NCBI GenBank assembly: GCA_965247095.1
Contig: OZ251997.1
Coordinates: forward strand, 2,272,001-2,336,000
Direction of reading: 5' to 3'
Length of the DNA: 64,000 nucleotides
DNA from: Candidatus Multivorans sp.
GTDB taxonomy: Bacteria > Acidobacteriota > Thermoanaerobaculia > Multivoradales > Multivoraceae
Made by a program: the position numbers and the translations under genes. Below, one piece after another: positions 39,803-49,553 of this stretch. The notes beneath the pieces are model-generated. The model was not told the origin of the DNA. It searched no databases and was given only the letters and a program-made list of their open reading frames with translations. The first letter of the stretch is position 1. Each line of letters begins with the position of its first letter.

Positions 39803-40591
39803 ATGGAAGCAATCAAGGCAGACAATCTGACCCGGTCCTTCGGCGGCAACGTCGTCGTCGACGGCGTGGATCTCGATGTCCAGGAGGGTCAGATCCTGGG
39901 TTTCGTCGGTCCCAACGGGGCGGGCAAGACGACGACCTGGTCGATGCTGACCGGGCTGCTCCAACCCACGAGCGGCACGGTCCGACTGCTGGGCAAGCCG
40001 GTCGACGTGAACGACACGGAGCTCAAGCAGCAGCTCGGCATTGTGCCGGACCAGAGCATCCTGTTCGAGAGCCTGACCGGCGAGGAGCTGCTGTTGGCGT
40101 ACGCCCGCATCTACGGCCTGAGCCGCGAAGACGCCGGGCAACGAACCGACGAGGCACTCGCGGTCTTCGACCTCGAAGACGCCGCCAAGCGACCGATCAC
40201 GACCTACTCCCACGGCATGAGAAAGAAGATCCGCCTGGCGGCGTCGACCCTTCACGCGCCGCGGGTTCTGTTTCTCGACGAGCCGTTCGAGGGCATGGAC
40301 GCCCTCAGCGCCCGCACCGTCATGTCGATCCTGCAGCAGATGGCCGAGCAGGACGGCGTGGCCGTGTTCCTGACGTCCCACATGCTCGACTACGTCGAAC
40401 GCGTGTCGACCCATCTCGCCGTCATCAGGGACGGCAAGGTTCTCCTGTCCTGTTCCCGGGAGGAGTTCCGCGAGCTGCCCGACGCCGAGGGAGAAGACGG
40501 CGCCGGCCGGCTCGAGAACCTCATCCTCAGCATCTCCAAACGCGAGAGGTTCTCCCGCCTCTCGTGGATCGGCAACAGGAGCAAGACATGA
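39803..40591 (+). CDS. ABC transporter ATP-binding protein
   Basis: GPNGAGKT, YSHGMRKK, FLDEPFEG, TSH. Confidence 0.95.
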   Translation: MEAIKADNLTRSFGGNVVVDGVDLDVQEGQILGFVGPNGAGKTTTWSMLTGLLQPTSGTVRLLGKPVDVNDTELKQQLGIVPDQSILFESLTGEELLLAYARIYGLSREDAGQRTDEALAVFDLEDAAKRPITTYSHGMRKKIRLAASTLHAPRVLFLDEPFEGMDALSARTVMSILQQMAEQDGVAVFLTSHMLDYVERVSTHLAVIRDGKVLLSCSREEFRELPDAEGEDGAGRLENLILSISKRERFSRLSWIGNRSKT

Positions 40592-41364
40592 CCGAGCATC
40601 CGAACACAACTGACCAGGAGCAGCAGGCCCCTCCCACGGCCGTCGAGCCACACGGGCCCCAAGGATGGTCGGCCGCCCTGATCGCGCTTGTCACCTCCCC
40701 GCAGAGGAGCTTCGAGATCATCCGTCACCGCGCACCGTGGCTCGGCGTCCTGGTCCTGCTCGTGGCGAGCGCGGCCTCCCTCAACCTTCTGGCGACGCCG
40801 TTTGGCCTTCAAGCCGCGCGTGCCCAACTCACGGAGGTGCTCGCCGATCCGCAACAGGTCGACGCCATCGTGTCCGAGGCCGAGCAGACGGCTGCCGCGA
40901 GATGGTGGCTGACTCTCGGAACCGGCGTTGTCACGATGATCTTCAGACTGGCCATACAGACCCTGTTCGTCTGGATCCTGGCGACCGCCCTCCGCGGGCG
41001 CGCCCGCTTCGTGCAGGCCCTCTCGCTGATGGTGTACGTCAACCTGATCACGCACCTCCAGCAGTGGGCGAACTTCCTTCTCCTTCACGTGAGAGGGATG
41101 GACGCGATCCGGTCTCTGCAGGATCTGCAGACGCCCATGGGGCTCGACCTGCTGTTGACCGGCGAAGGCGCGCTCCTGAACGCGGTCTACGCGAGCGTCA
41201 ACCCGTTCACGATCTGGTTCCTGGCGCTGCTCGGCCTGGGCTCCGCGGCGGTTCTCCGCCTGCCCCAACGGGCCGGCTGGGTACTTGCGGGCATCTACTG
41301 GGCGGCTTCAACTGTCCTCTCGGCCGGTGTCGCCGGCGTGATGGCCCGTCTCCTGCCCACCTAG
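40588..41364 (+). CDS. Yip1 family membrane protein
   Basis: LVTSPQRSFEII...PW, ARFVQALSL, NPFTIW...LG; about 5 TM segments; ATGA overlap with the ATPase. Confidence 0.8.
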   Translation: MTEHPNTTDQEQQAPPTAVEPHGPQGWSAALIALVTSPQRSFEIIRHRAPWLGVLVLLVASAASLNLLATPFGLQAARAQLTEVLADPQQVDAIVSEAEQTAAARWWLTLGTGVVTMIFRLAIQTLFVWILATALRGRARFVQALSLMVYVNLITHLQQWANFLLLHVRGMDAIRSLQDLQTPMGLDLLLTGEGALLNAVYASVNPFTIWFLALLGLGSAAVLRLPQRAGWVLAGIYWAASTVLSAGVAGVMARLLPT

Positions 41365-41422
41365 CGCGGCAGAACTACCGGAGGCCGGCGCTTCGCGCCG
41401 GATGCGGGCAGGATGCCCGCGT
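41361..41422. repeat. REP-like dispersed palindromic repeat, copy 1
   Basis: 60/62 identical to 60275-60336; hairpins CCGGCGC-TTC-GCGCCGG and GCGGGCA-GGA-TGCCCGC. Confidence 0.9.
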
Positions 41423-41867
41423 GCCATCCGTGCGCCCGATGACGGGCGCACGGAGTGGTTGCGTGTGGCGCGGGTACGCACCAGTTTCGAGATCGTCCGC
41501 GAGCGCCAGCCACAGGCCGCACCGTCAGTCCCCCCATCTCGTAGCACCTCAAATTCGTTTGACGCCTACAGACCGACGCGGTAACTTCGCCTCAGTTGGT
41601 CGTCGACGGCGTAGGGGGCCTGCGAGCCGGGTCCTCTGCTGAATACAAAAGCCGATACAAGGCGCAGGGTCGCTCCCCGTGCTCGGCGAATAGGCAGGCG
41701 TACGTGCCCACTGTGCATGGCGACCAACAAGGCCCGGCGCCATTCACTGCCCTGGAGCCTGCATCTCCACAAGGGGCAGGCTTGGGCAACGAGCCCGAAG
41801 CGGCCCAAGTCGGTGTTGCTGGTATAACGGGAGTTCCCACCAGGTGCAGTCAAGGAGGAGAGACACG

Positions 41868-42965
41868 ATGCAGCGCAACCTTCGTCCAGGCGCCGCGGCG
41901 GCAGCCGCAATCGTCTTCCTCGCGGCGTCGGCCGCGATAGCCGCCGAGGACGACGCGACCCCGCGCACGGCCTCGGGGCGCGCGGACTTCACCGGCAACT
42001 ACGATGTCGCGACGCTGACGCCGCTCAACCGGCCGCAGAAGTTCGGCGACAACCTGTTCCTGACGCCGGAGCAGGCAAACGGGATCGTCGAAAGGGAGCG
42101 GGAGCGGGTATCCGCGCGGGCAGCCAAGCGGCAGATCACCGAGGCGCCCCCACCGGGCGGAGCGCCGCCGATCGGCCTCGGCGACGAGTTCCGCGAGACC
42201 AGCGGCGCCGGCAACGTCGGCGGCTACAACAACTTCTGGACCGACCGCGGCAGCGACGTGTTCTCCATCGACGGCAAGTTCAGGACGTCGATCATCACCG
42301 ACCCGACGAACGGGCGGATGCCGGCCCTGACCGCGGAGACGATGCAACGGATGTCCGAGCGGCGCGGACGGCGGCGCGGCAACGACGGCAGCGCCTGGTG
42401 GCTCGACGTCGAGGGTCCCGGCCCCTACGACGGGCCGGAGTCCCTGGGCGTTCCCGAACGCTGCCTGATCGGCTTCGGCTCCACCGGTGGTCCGCCGATG
42501 CTGCCCGTCCTCTACAACAACGCCAAGCGGATCGTGCAGACCGAAGATCACCTGATGATCCTGGTCGAGATGGTTCACGACGCGCGGATCGTCCGCATCG
42601 GCGGCGAGCACATCCCCGAGGACGAACGCCGCTGGCTGGGAGACTCGATCGGCTGGTGGGAAGGGGACACCCTGGTGGTCGAGACGACGAACTTCACCGA
42701 CGGGCCGGCGCTCTTCCTCGCCTCGCGGAACCTAAAGGTCACCGAGCGGTTCACCCGTCAGGGCGAGGACCTCCTGTACGGCTTCACGATCGAGGATCCC
42801 ACGGTGTGGACCGCGCCATGGAGCGGCGAGTACCTGTGGCCCGGCACTCCGGCCAAGGTGTACGAGTACGCCTGCCACGAGGGGAACTACGCCATGGGCG
42901 GGATTCTCAAGGGGGCGCGGCTGCTGGAGGACGAGAAGAGGGCCGCGGCCTCCGGCGGCGAGTAG
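41868..42965 (+). CDS. Secreted uncharacterised protein (EYACHEGN family), paralog of 12946
   Basis: AGGAGGAG RBS; TG-N-TATAAC extended -10-like element near 41820-41828; GDSIGWWEGDTLVVETTNF; YEYACHEGN. Confidence 0.87.
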   Translation: MQRNLRPGAAAAAAIVFLAASAAIAAEDDATPRTASGRADFTGNYDVATLTPLNRPQKFGDNLFLTPEQANGIVERERERVSARAAKRQITEAPPPGGAPPIGLGDEFRETSGAGNVGGYNNFWTDRGSDVFSIDGKFRTSIITDPTNGRMPALTAETMQRMSERRGRRRGNDGSAWWLDVEGPGPYDGPESLGVPERCLIGFGSTGGPPMLPVLYNNAKRIVQTEDHLMILVEMVHDARIVRIGGEHIPEDERRWLGDSIGWWEGDTLVVETTNFTDGPALFLASRNLKVTERFTRQGEDLLYGFTIEDPTVWTAPWSGEYLWPGTPAKVYEYACHEGNYAMGGILKGARLLEDEKRAAASGGE

Positions 42966-42986
42966 ACGACCTGGTTGGAGACGGCG

Positions 42987-43421
42987 CTATCGGCCCGGCG
43001 GCTCGGTCGCGTCGCGACCGTCGCGCGGCGCACCGGTACCGGACGAGCCCATGAACAGCTTGCGACCGTCGGGGAAGGTCAGGTCACGGCCGTTCGCCTT
43101 GTTCGAGCCGTCCTTCGCCCGGTAGCCGTCGACCACGATCTCGGTGCCAGGCAGAAGCGACTTCTTTGAGAAGCCCCGGCGTGCCAGCGTGTTCGGCGTA
43201 CCACCCTCGACCATCCAGACTGAAGTGGAGCCGTCGTCGTTCGTGACCTCGATGTGAATCCAGGCGTGGGGGTTGATCCACTCCATCTTGGTCACCGTGC
43301 CGCGCAACTGAAGCGGCCGGTCGGCGTCGAACTCAGCCGAGAAGGCGTGGTGCGCGGCGAGGGGTATGGCGAGCACCAGGGCCACGCCAGCGGCCAGTAG
43401 AGCAACTCGCTTGAACTTCAT
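42987..43421 (-). CDS. DUF6152 family secreted protein
   Basis: Signal peptide then AHHAFSAEFD; GTVTKMEWINPH; W..EGGTPN. Confidence 0.8.
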   Translation of the reverse strand: MKFKRVALLAAGVALVLAIPLAAHHAFSAEFDADRPLQLRGTVTKMEWINPHAWIHIEVTNDDGSTSVWMVEGGTPNTLARRGFSKKSLLPGTEIVVDGYRAKDGSNKANGRDLTFPDGRKLFMGSSGTGAPRDGRDATEPPGR

Positions 43422-43455
43422 CGTTGGTTCTCCTCTTCGACGTACGGCTTGGGTG

Positions 43456-44277
43456 CTACGGACTCGAGTCTGCGCCCTTGCGCAGGTGCCCGTACATCAG
43501 CTCTTCGGCAAACTCGACGCACTTGAACTCCAGGAGCTGCATGTTCGGGTCGATTCGGCGGTAGAGCGGCAGGCTGATCTTCCAGGGCTCGCTGTAGACG
43601 TTCTCGTCGGTGATCGTGGCCTCGTACTGCAGGTGATACGGGCTCATTGCAGTCCAGCGCTCCTCGACGTGGATCGCATCCGTATGGTGGTTGCCACTCG
43701 AGTCGAGCCAGGTGTCGGGCACCTGGCTGGTCACGTCGACCACCAGGGTCTCCCCTTCCCAGCGCCCGCGCGAGTGCCCCATCCAGGCATCGAAGGGGGC
43801 CTCGAAGTCGGGCCGGTTCATGTAGATCACCCGGCTGGCGCTGGCGAACTCGTATGCGATCAGGATGTGATCCGGCGTCTGGACGATCTGGAACGGGAAG
43901 GGCAGGTAGTTGGCGCGAGGGATGCCCGCCATGTAGCACTTGACCGCCGGGTCGAGTTCCAGCCAGTTCTCGCGGTTCTGGTTCCGCAGTTCGAGCGCAT
44001 CCGGCAGGTACGGGATCTTCCCGCCTTCGACCACTCCGAGCCCGCCCGGGATGGCGCCCAGCGCGCCCATCTCGACCACCGGTCCATGGCGGGCCGCATG
44101 GGCCTCGATGTCCCAGTGCGTCGCGCCCAGGGCCTGCCAGATCCCGTTCAGATCAGGTTTGCCGTCGTGCGTGCGGGGCGCCGTGTAGTCCGCACCTTGC
44201 GCCGCGACGGGCGCAGCCGCCAGGACGACCGCCACCAGGACTGCAACCGCCGTTCGTTCGATGAGACTCCGCTTCAT
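43456..44277 (-). CDS. Secreted uncharacterised protein (same family as 12946/41868)
   Basis: PRTHDGKPDLNGIWQ, DPAVKC..GIPR, MGHSRGRWEGETLVVD, EFKCVE. Confidence 0.85.
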   Translation of the reverse strand: MKRSLIERTAVAVLVAVVLAAAPVAAQGADYTAPRTHDGKPDLNGIWQALGATHWDIEAHAARHGPVVEMGALGAIPGGLGVVEGGKIPYLPDALELRNQNRENWLELDPAVKCYMAGIPRANYLPFPFQIVQTPDHILIAYEFASASRVIYMNRPDFEAPFDAWMGHSRGRWEGETLVVDVTSQVPDTWLDSSGNHHTDAIHVEERWTAMSPYHLQYEATITDENVYSEPWKISLPLYRRIDPNMQLLEFKCVEFAEELMYGHLRKGADSSP

Positions 44278-44436
44278 CAGACTCCCTTTCCTGTCGCCCC
44301 AGAATTCCTCGTACCTCAGCATTCCGGCCCAGCCCATCCTCGCCGGGACGCCACGCCGAAGAACTCGCTCCGCGTCGTTCTGCGTCGCCGCCTCCCGGCC
44401 CGGAAGCAGTGAGGATAGCAGCCGGTAGAGCGGTGG

Positions 44437-45964
44437 GTGTCGGCGCTCCTCGGCCCGATCCGCGAGGACATCGTCCTTCGCGAGTCCATCGACGTGCGGT
44501 TGATCAGCCTCGACGCCGTTGTCACCGATTCTTCCGACCGGCCGGTCACCGGCTTGACCAGGGATGACTTCGAGCTGAAGGTCGACGGAGAACCGGTCGA
44601 GATCCTGAGCGTGTCGGCAGCCGAGGACAGGCCTCCGCAACCAACAGCGCACCGCCTCTCTGGCCGTGCGCGAGGCGTTGCGGCTGATGGCCGCCAAGGG
44701 CGCCCGCTACCGGCTCGGCGAGGCGTCGCTCGCCAGCGTAGAAGCGAACCTCCGCAGCTACGGCGAAGCCCTGCGACTCGACACCCTGCAAACCCTCCGC
44801 GCGGTGCGCTCCCTCGTCGAGGCTCTCGCCTTTGTCCCGGGCCGCAAGGCAGTCCTGTTCGTGAGCGACGGCCTCCCCCGCTATCCACTCGACGGCGCCG
44901 CTAAGACGATGTACGACCGGCTCGCGGGTGACTCGCGGCAATTGGAGGGCGACGAGTTGATGCGCGATCCGGGCTCGCTCGATCTCCACGATCGCAATCA
45001 CCGCCCCTTCGGGGTCGACCGCGCCGACCGCATGGGCCGGCCAACGGGCATCGTGCAGGTCGACGACGGCGGCGCGATGTCCTTCCAGACCCTGGCCGCC
45101 GAGTTGAGCTGCGGGCACGCCTTCGATCAGCTCGCCGCGCTGGCAAACACCCACCGGGTCACCTTCTATCCGCTCAAGCCGCCGGTCGCCGACCCGTCGA
45201 TCAGCGGTCTGGGCGAAAGCGCCGCCGGCCGCGGTTCGATCGTCGAGCTGTCGGACGTGCGCTCCGGCCTGGAGAGCCTGGCCGGCTTGACCGGCGGCCT
45301 GTCGTTCACGGCGGAGACCGGCGTCGGCGAGTTCCTCCAGTTGACCCGGACCGACATCTCGACCTACTAGTCGCTTTCCTTCGCACCGCCGGACTCGATG
45401 GGCGATACCGGCATTCGCGAGGTCACACTCCGGGTGCGGAAGCGGTCCGGGGCCCGGCACGGCAGGCTGCGCTACCGCACCAGCTACGTGCCGGTGACGA
45501 TCCAGCAGAACCTCGCCAGTCGCGCCTGGGGCACGCTGCTGTTCGGCTGGGAGGAGAACTCGCACGGCATGGAGGTCGAGATCGGCCGGGTCGCCGGCGC
45601 CGAGACGGGCGGAGACGATGGACAGACGCTGCTTGAGGTTGTCGCCAGCCTACCGATCGGCGAGCTGGAACTCGCATCGACGCGGGCTGCCCGCAACCCC
45701 GTCGCCAGCGGCGCCTACCGCGTCGTGCTCCAGGTCCAGCGCGACGACGGCAGCCGGATGCAGCCCCAGCACTTCGACTTCGAACTCCACGTGCCGGTCG
45801 CCGAACTCGAGACCGCCCAAGGCCCGTACATCGCGGTCCGCAGCGGCCTGCTCCTGGCGCCGGGAAGCTACCGCCTGGCGGTCGGCCTCTGGGAGGAGAA
45901 CAGCGGACGCTCGTCCTTCGTGGTGCGGGAACTGTCGGTCCAGCCGGACCCGAGCGTCGCCTGA
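44437..45964 (+). pseudogene. Acidobacterial VWA-domain protein, degraded (deletion/frameshift plus in-frame TAG 45368-45370)
   Basis: VVTD...PVTGLTRDDFELKVDG, then in another frame VPGRKAVLFVSDGL...LA..TGG...STY*SLSF...VTLRV...RYRTSY. Confidence 0.8.
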
Positions 45965-45993
45965 GATAGCCCGCGACACGCCACGGGGCTCAG

Positions 45994-48942
45994 TCAGCGG
46001 CGCCCCGCGCCCTTGCGCGGCGGCCGTCTCTGTACGCTGTCGAGCAGCTTCTCCAACCGGTCGCGCTCCCCCTCGCGAAGACGGCGGTTCTGACCCGCGG
46101 GTCGACGTTCGATGAGCTGATCGAGCTCCATGAGCCAGTCCAGGTCCTCCCGCACCTCCCCTTCCGCCAGCGGCGCGGCCTTCTCCCACAGGCCGGCGTA
46201 GCGGAGCACCCGCAGTGCAGCCCGGTGGGCGCCGGCCTGCCGGTAGGCGTCGGCCGCATCGAGGGGACGCCCCTGCGCCTCGCGGAACCGGCCCAACCGG
46301 CGCAGGTCCGGCGAAACCGACTCCAGGAGTGACTCGGCCCGACCCCACCGCTGCCTGCGTTGCGCCGGGGTCTCCCCCGCCGGCGCCGCCTGAAGTAGCG
46401 CGTCGAAGGCGGACCGGCGGAGCAACCGCGACCTGGCTTCCGCATCCCCGACGAAGAAGGTGAGCTTCAGCCACGCCTCAAGGTCGGCGTCAGCCAGCTC
46501 CGCGGCCAGGACCGGGTCCTCGGATGCTGTCTCGAGTCCCCGGCGCAGCGCCTGGGCCGCCGGCAGCAACGCTTCCCGCAGCCACTCCGGGCTCGATGAT
46601 TCGCCCTGCCCAAGCTCGCGGGCTGCTTCAAGCAGGGCGAAGGGCGGCGACTGCCGGTCGGCGGACCAGGACTCGAGTTCGGTCAGAGCCCGGGCTTCCA
46701 GGTCCGAATCCCGGCTCCGCGTCTCGATGGTCTGCATCGCGGTGCGGAACACGGCCTCCCGATCGACGCCCCTGGGCGCACCTCCAACCAGCAGGCGGGC
46801 CGCCGTGGCGAGCATCGTCGCCCGCGCTTCCGCGCGGACCGTTCGGTCCGACACTCCGTTCGGCAAATCCGGATCCCCCAGCAGACGCAGTGCCTGGCAG
46901 GCGCGCTGCCAGGCCCGGTCGGGCACCGAGTCGATGAATACCCGAGCGTCGTTGACGCACACGAGGACTCGTTCCTCAGGCGAAGCATCGGTACGGACCA
47001 GATGGCCAACGAGGTCGGACGCATCGAACGGTGCCGGGTTGCCCAGGAGTTCGCGACTGCGTGCCGTTTCCTCATCGCCGGCTTCGACGTCCAGGAAAGC
47101 CAGCGTCTCGGTCGCCCGGCTGAGCGCTACCCGCAGGTGATCGATCTCTGTCCGGCGCACGTGTTGGTCGATCTCTCCATCGCGTCGCAGGTCCCGGTCC
47201 TCCGGCGCCAGACCCGACAGCAGCCGGCCCGGATCAAGCACACACACCGACTGGTACTCGAGACCCTTGGTCTCCGCCGGCGTGAGCACACTCTCGCGGA
47301 GACGCTCGGGAAGCCACTCCGGGATGTCGTCCTGCGCCGTCAGCACGACCGCGCCGTCCGCATCCCGAAGTCGTTCCACGAGCTTGACCGCCTGGGACCG
47401 CTTTGCGACCGCGACGTGAAGCAGGTACGCATCGACGTGCTGCGCGCCGCTCTGGCGGCGCTGCTTGGTCGGACGGGCGTGCTTGGCGATGTCGTCGTAG
47501 AGGTGGGTAGCCCGATCGACGACCTGCGCGATCCCGCTCGGACAGCGCAGATGTTCCTCGAGATCGAAGGCTCTGGGCGGGGAGAGACGACGCGCCAGCA
47601 GGTCGCTCAGCGGCCCCCACTCGAACCCGGTCGGCCGTACCGTCTGGCCGGAATCGCCCGCCATCAGCAACCGGGGCGTCCGTTTCCGGCGGCGGCCAAC
47701 GGCCAGGCAGTAGTCCACCACCACGGCTGACTCCAACAGGGTCAGGTCCTGGATCTCGTCGACTACGACCTGATCGAACCGATCGAGACCGTCGGGAACG
47801 AAACCTCCCCGAAGCCTCTCGATCGCACGCCCAGCCGCCACCAACTCGGGAAAGACCTGTCGAACGCCCTCCCCCGGCAAGGTCTTGGCTACGCGGAGCA
47901 GCGCCTTCGCAGCCTGGGTCCCCACACCGTCGCGTCTTCCCCTCAGTTCCAGGTACGCCGGGTCGCTCAGACGCGCCAGTCCGTCACCCGGGGAGTCGGG
48001 CGCGATATCCGCGACCGCCCGACCATGGAGAACGGCGCGCAGCTCCGCGTGCAGAGCGTTCCGCCGGCGCGCCCACGGTCCGTAGACATTCCGTCCGAGC
48101 CGGCCCAGCATCCGGTGGAAGCGGTCGCGGCTGGCCGCAAGGGGTTCTCTTGCGACATCGGCGCCGCAGATCTCGCCGACGAAGGTCGTGAAGTCCAGCG
48201 TGTCCACGTGGACATCGCTCGGCGCAAACGAAACGAAGTTCTCCTCGGCCTGCTGCCTCAGGGCCCGCGACCAGGTCAGGTAGAGGATCCGCTCGCCCCT
48301 ACGCGCTTCAACCGCCCGCCAGAGCGCCGTGGTCTTGCCGGAACCGGGTCGGCCGCGGATCAGCCGGACCGCATTCCGATCCTCCACGAACCGCACCTGA
48401 GCGTCGGTCCACGGACGGCCGGCAATGTCGTCACCCAGATCAGGCGCCGTCACAAGCGCCAGGTAGTCGTCGAGATCTCCCGCGGTCAGAGGCGCGTGGT
48501 CGTCGTGGTGCCGGACCGCCCGAACCAGGATGGCCCGCTCGGGCAGCTCCAGGTCCGTGACCGGCGGGCTGCCCCGCGGCGTCCACCACAGGTAGTACTG
48601 CATGCCGCCGGCGCCGCCGAGCGGCGAGCGCCGCCACCCCCGGTTGACGTCCCTGCAGCCCTTGACGACCGTGGTGCGCCCCTGGGCCGCGAGGTGCCTG
48701 AGCACCAGTCCAAGCCGCTTGTAGAGGTGGGGCCATTCACGAAGCTGGTCCGAGACTCCCGGATGAAGCCAGAGACGGTGCCGGAGTTCCCCAAACTCCA
48801 GGTCTTCCGGATGGGGGATCTCTCGGTCCAGGCCGCGCTTCACCCGCGAATCGTAGCCGGGCGCGACTCGACCGTCCTGCTCGGTAGCAGGCGCCCAGTC
48901 GGCGGACGACCACGCGGAGTCGGTCAACTCGCCCGCTGCCAC
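45994..48942 (-). CDS. Superfamily 1 (UvrD-like) helicase with N-terminal RelE-like region and C-terminal helical repeats
   Basis: GRPGSGKT, VVDEIQD, AGDSGQ, KGLEY, VALSRA; start may be GTG 48843. Confidence 0.85.
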   Translation of the reverse strand: MAAGELTDSAWSSADWAPATEQDGRVAPGYDSRVKRGLDREIPHPEDLEFGELRHRLWLHPGVSDQLREWPHLYKRLGLVLRHLAAQGRTTVVKGCRDVNRGWRRSPLGGAGGMQYYLWWTPRGSPPVTDLELPERAILVRAVRHHDDHAPLTAGDLDDYLALVTAPDLGDDIAGRPWTDAQVRFVEDRNAVRLIRGRPGSGKTTALWRAVEARRGERILYLTWSRALRQQAEENFVSFAPSDVHVDTLDFTTFVGEICGADVAREPLAASRDRFHRMLGRLGRNVYGPWARRRNALHAELRAVLHGRAVADIAPDSPGDGLARLSDPAYLELRGRRDGVGTQAAKALLRVAKTLPGEGVRQVFPELVAAGRAIERLRGGFVPDGLDRFDQVVVDEIQDLTLLESAVVVDYCLAVGRRRKRTPRLLMAGDSGQTVRPTGFEWGPLSDLLARRLSPPRAFDLEEHLRCPSGIAQVVDRATHLYDDIAKHARPTKQRRQSGAQHVDAYLLHVAVAKRSQAVKLVERLRDADGAVVLTAQDDIPEWLPERLRESVLTPAETKGLEYQSVCVLDPGRLLSGLAPEDRDLRRDGEIDQHVRRTEIDHLRVALSRATETLAFLDVEAGDEETARSRELLGNPAPFDASDLVGHLVRTDASPEERVLVCVNDARVFIDSVPDRAWQRACQALRLLGDPDLPNGVSDRTVRAEARATMLATAARLLVGGAPRGVDREAVFRTAMQTIETRSRDSDLEARALTELESWSADRQSPPFALLEAARELGQGESSSPEWLREALLPAAQALRRGLETASEDPVLAAELADADLEAWLKLTFFVGDAEARSRLLRRSAFDALLQAAPAGETPAQRRQRWGRAESLLESVSPDLRRLGRFREAQGRPLDAADAYRQAGAHRAALRVLRYAGLWEKAAPLAEGEVREDLDWLMELDQLIERRPAGQNRRLREGERDRLEKLLDSVQRRPPRKGAGRR

Positions 48943-49391
48943 GCCCAGAGCACCGCCGCCGAGAAGATGATCGTTGGGAAGATCTTCATCGCGGCATGGT
49001 GAGCGAGCGCGAAATCGATCTGCCGTACCGGCAGTCCGAACCGCTCACCTATCGAGCGGTGTGCGATTCCATAGGTGTTGTTCCGCAGGCCGAGTAAAAA
49101 GCCGACGATCACCAGGCACCAGAAGATGCCGAAGAGACCGCCCGTTTGTGCCAGCGGTGCGAGGAACACTCCAGGGTTGGGAGGCTCCTCATGGGCGGCG
49201 CCTTTCTTCTTCTCGGCATGGTCCTGGTCGGGGCCACGGCAGCGACCTTCGAGGTGGAAGACGACCTGCTGCGGCGGAACGCTCGCTCCTTGGAACCCCG
49301 CCGCCAGTTGTCCAGCAGGACGGTCGGCAACACTGCCCGACAGTCGCTCAGCGCACCCATCGGGCGATCTTAGTCGTGCCAACCGACGCAC
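48924..49391 (-). CDS. Possible small membrane protein or remnant
   Basis: Only the C-terminal half looks protein-like (two hydrophobic segments); start uncertain. Confidence 0.3.
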   Translation of the reverse strand: MRRLARLRSPDGCAERLSGSVADRPAGQLAAGFQGASVPPQQVVFHLEGRCRGPDQDHAEKKKGAAHEEPPNPGVFLAPLAQTGGLFGIFWCLVIVGFLLGLRNNTYGIAHRSIGERFGLPVRQIDFALAHHAAMKIFPTIIFSAAVLWAWQRAS

Positions 49392-49553
49392 CCGGCGAGC
49401 GTCCAGGACCTTTGTCGGCGGCGCCCCGCGACACCTCGACCCCGGACTCGGACCCCACCCGGCGCCGCGATAGTCTGCCCTTTCGTTCTGCCCCTACTGA
49501 CCCGCCAGACAGGCGCCCTCATTCGAGGGGGCCTCAGGTCGCAGGAGACTACG

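Noticed and set aside
41423-41820. Group II intron or ncRNA in the intergenic stretch after Yip1
   Set aside because: No domain V signature or recognisable RNA motif found by eye
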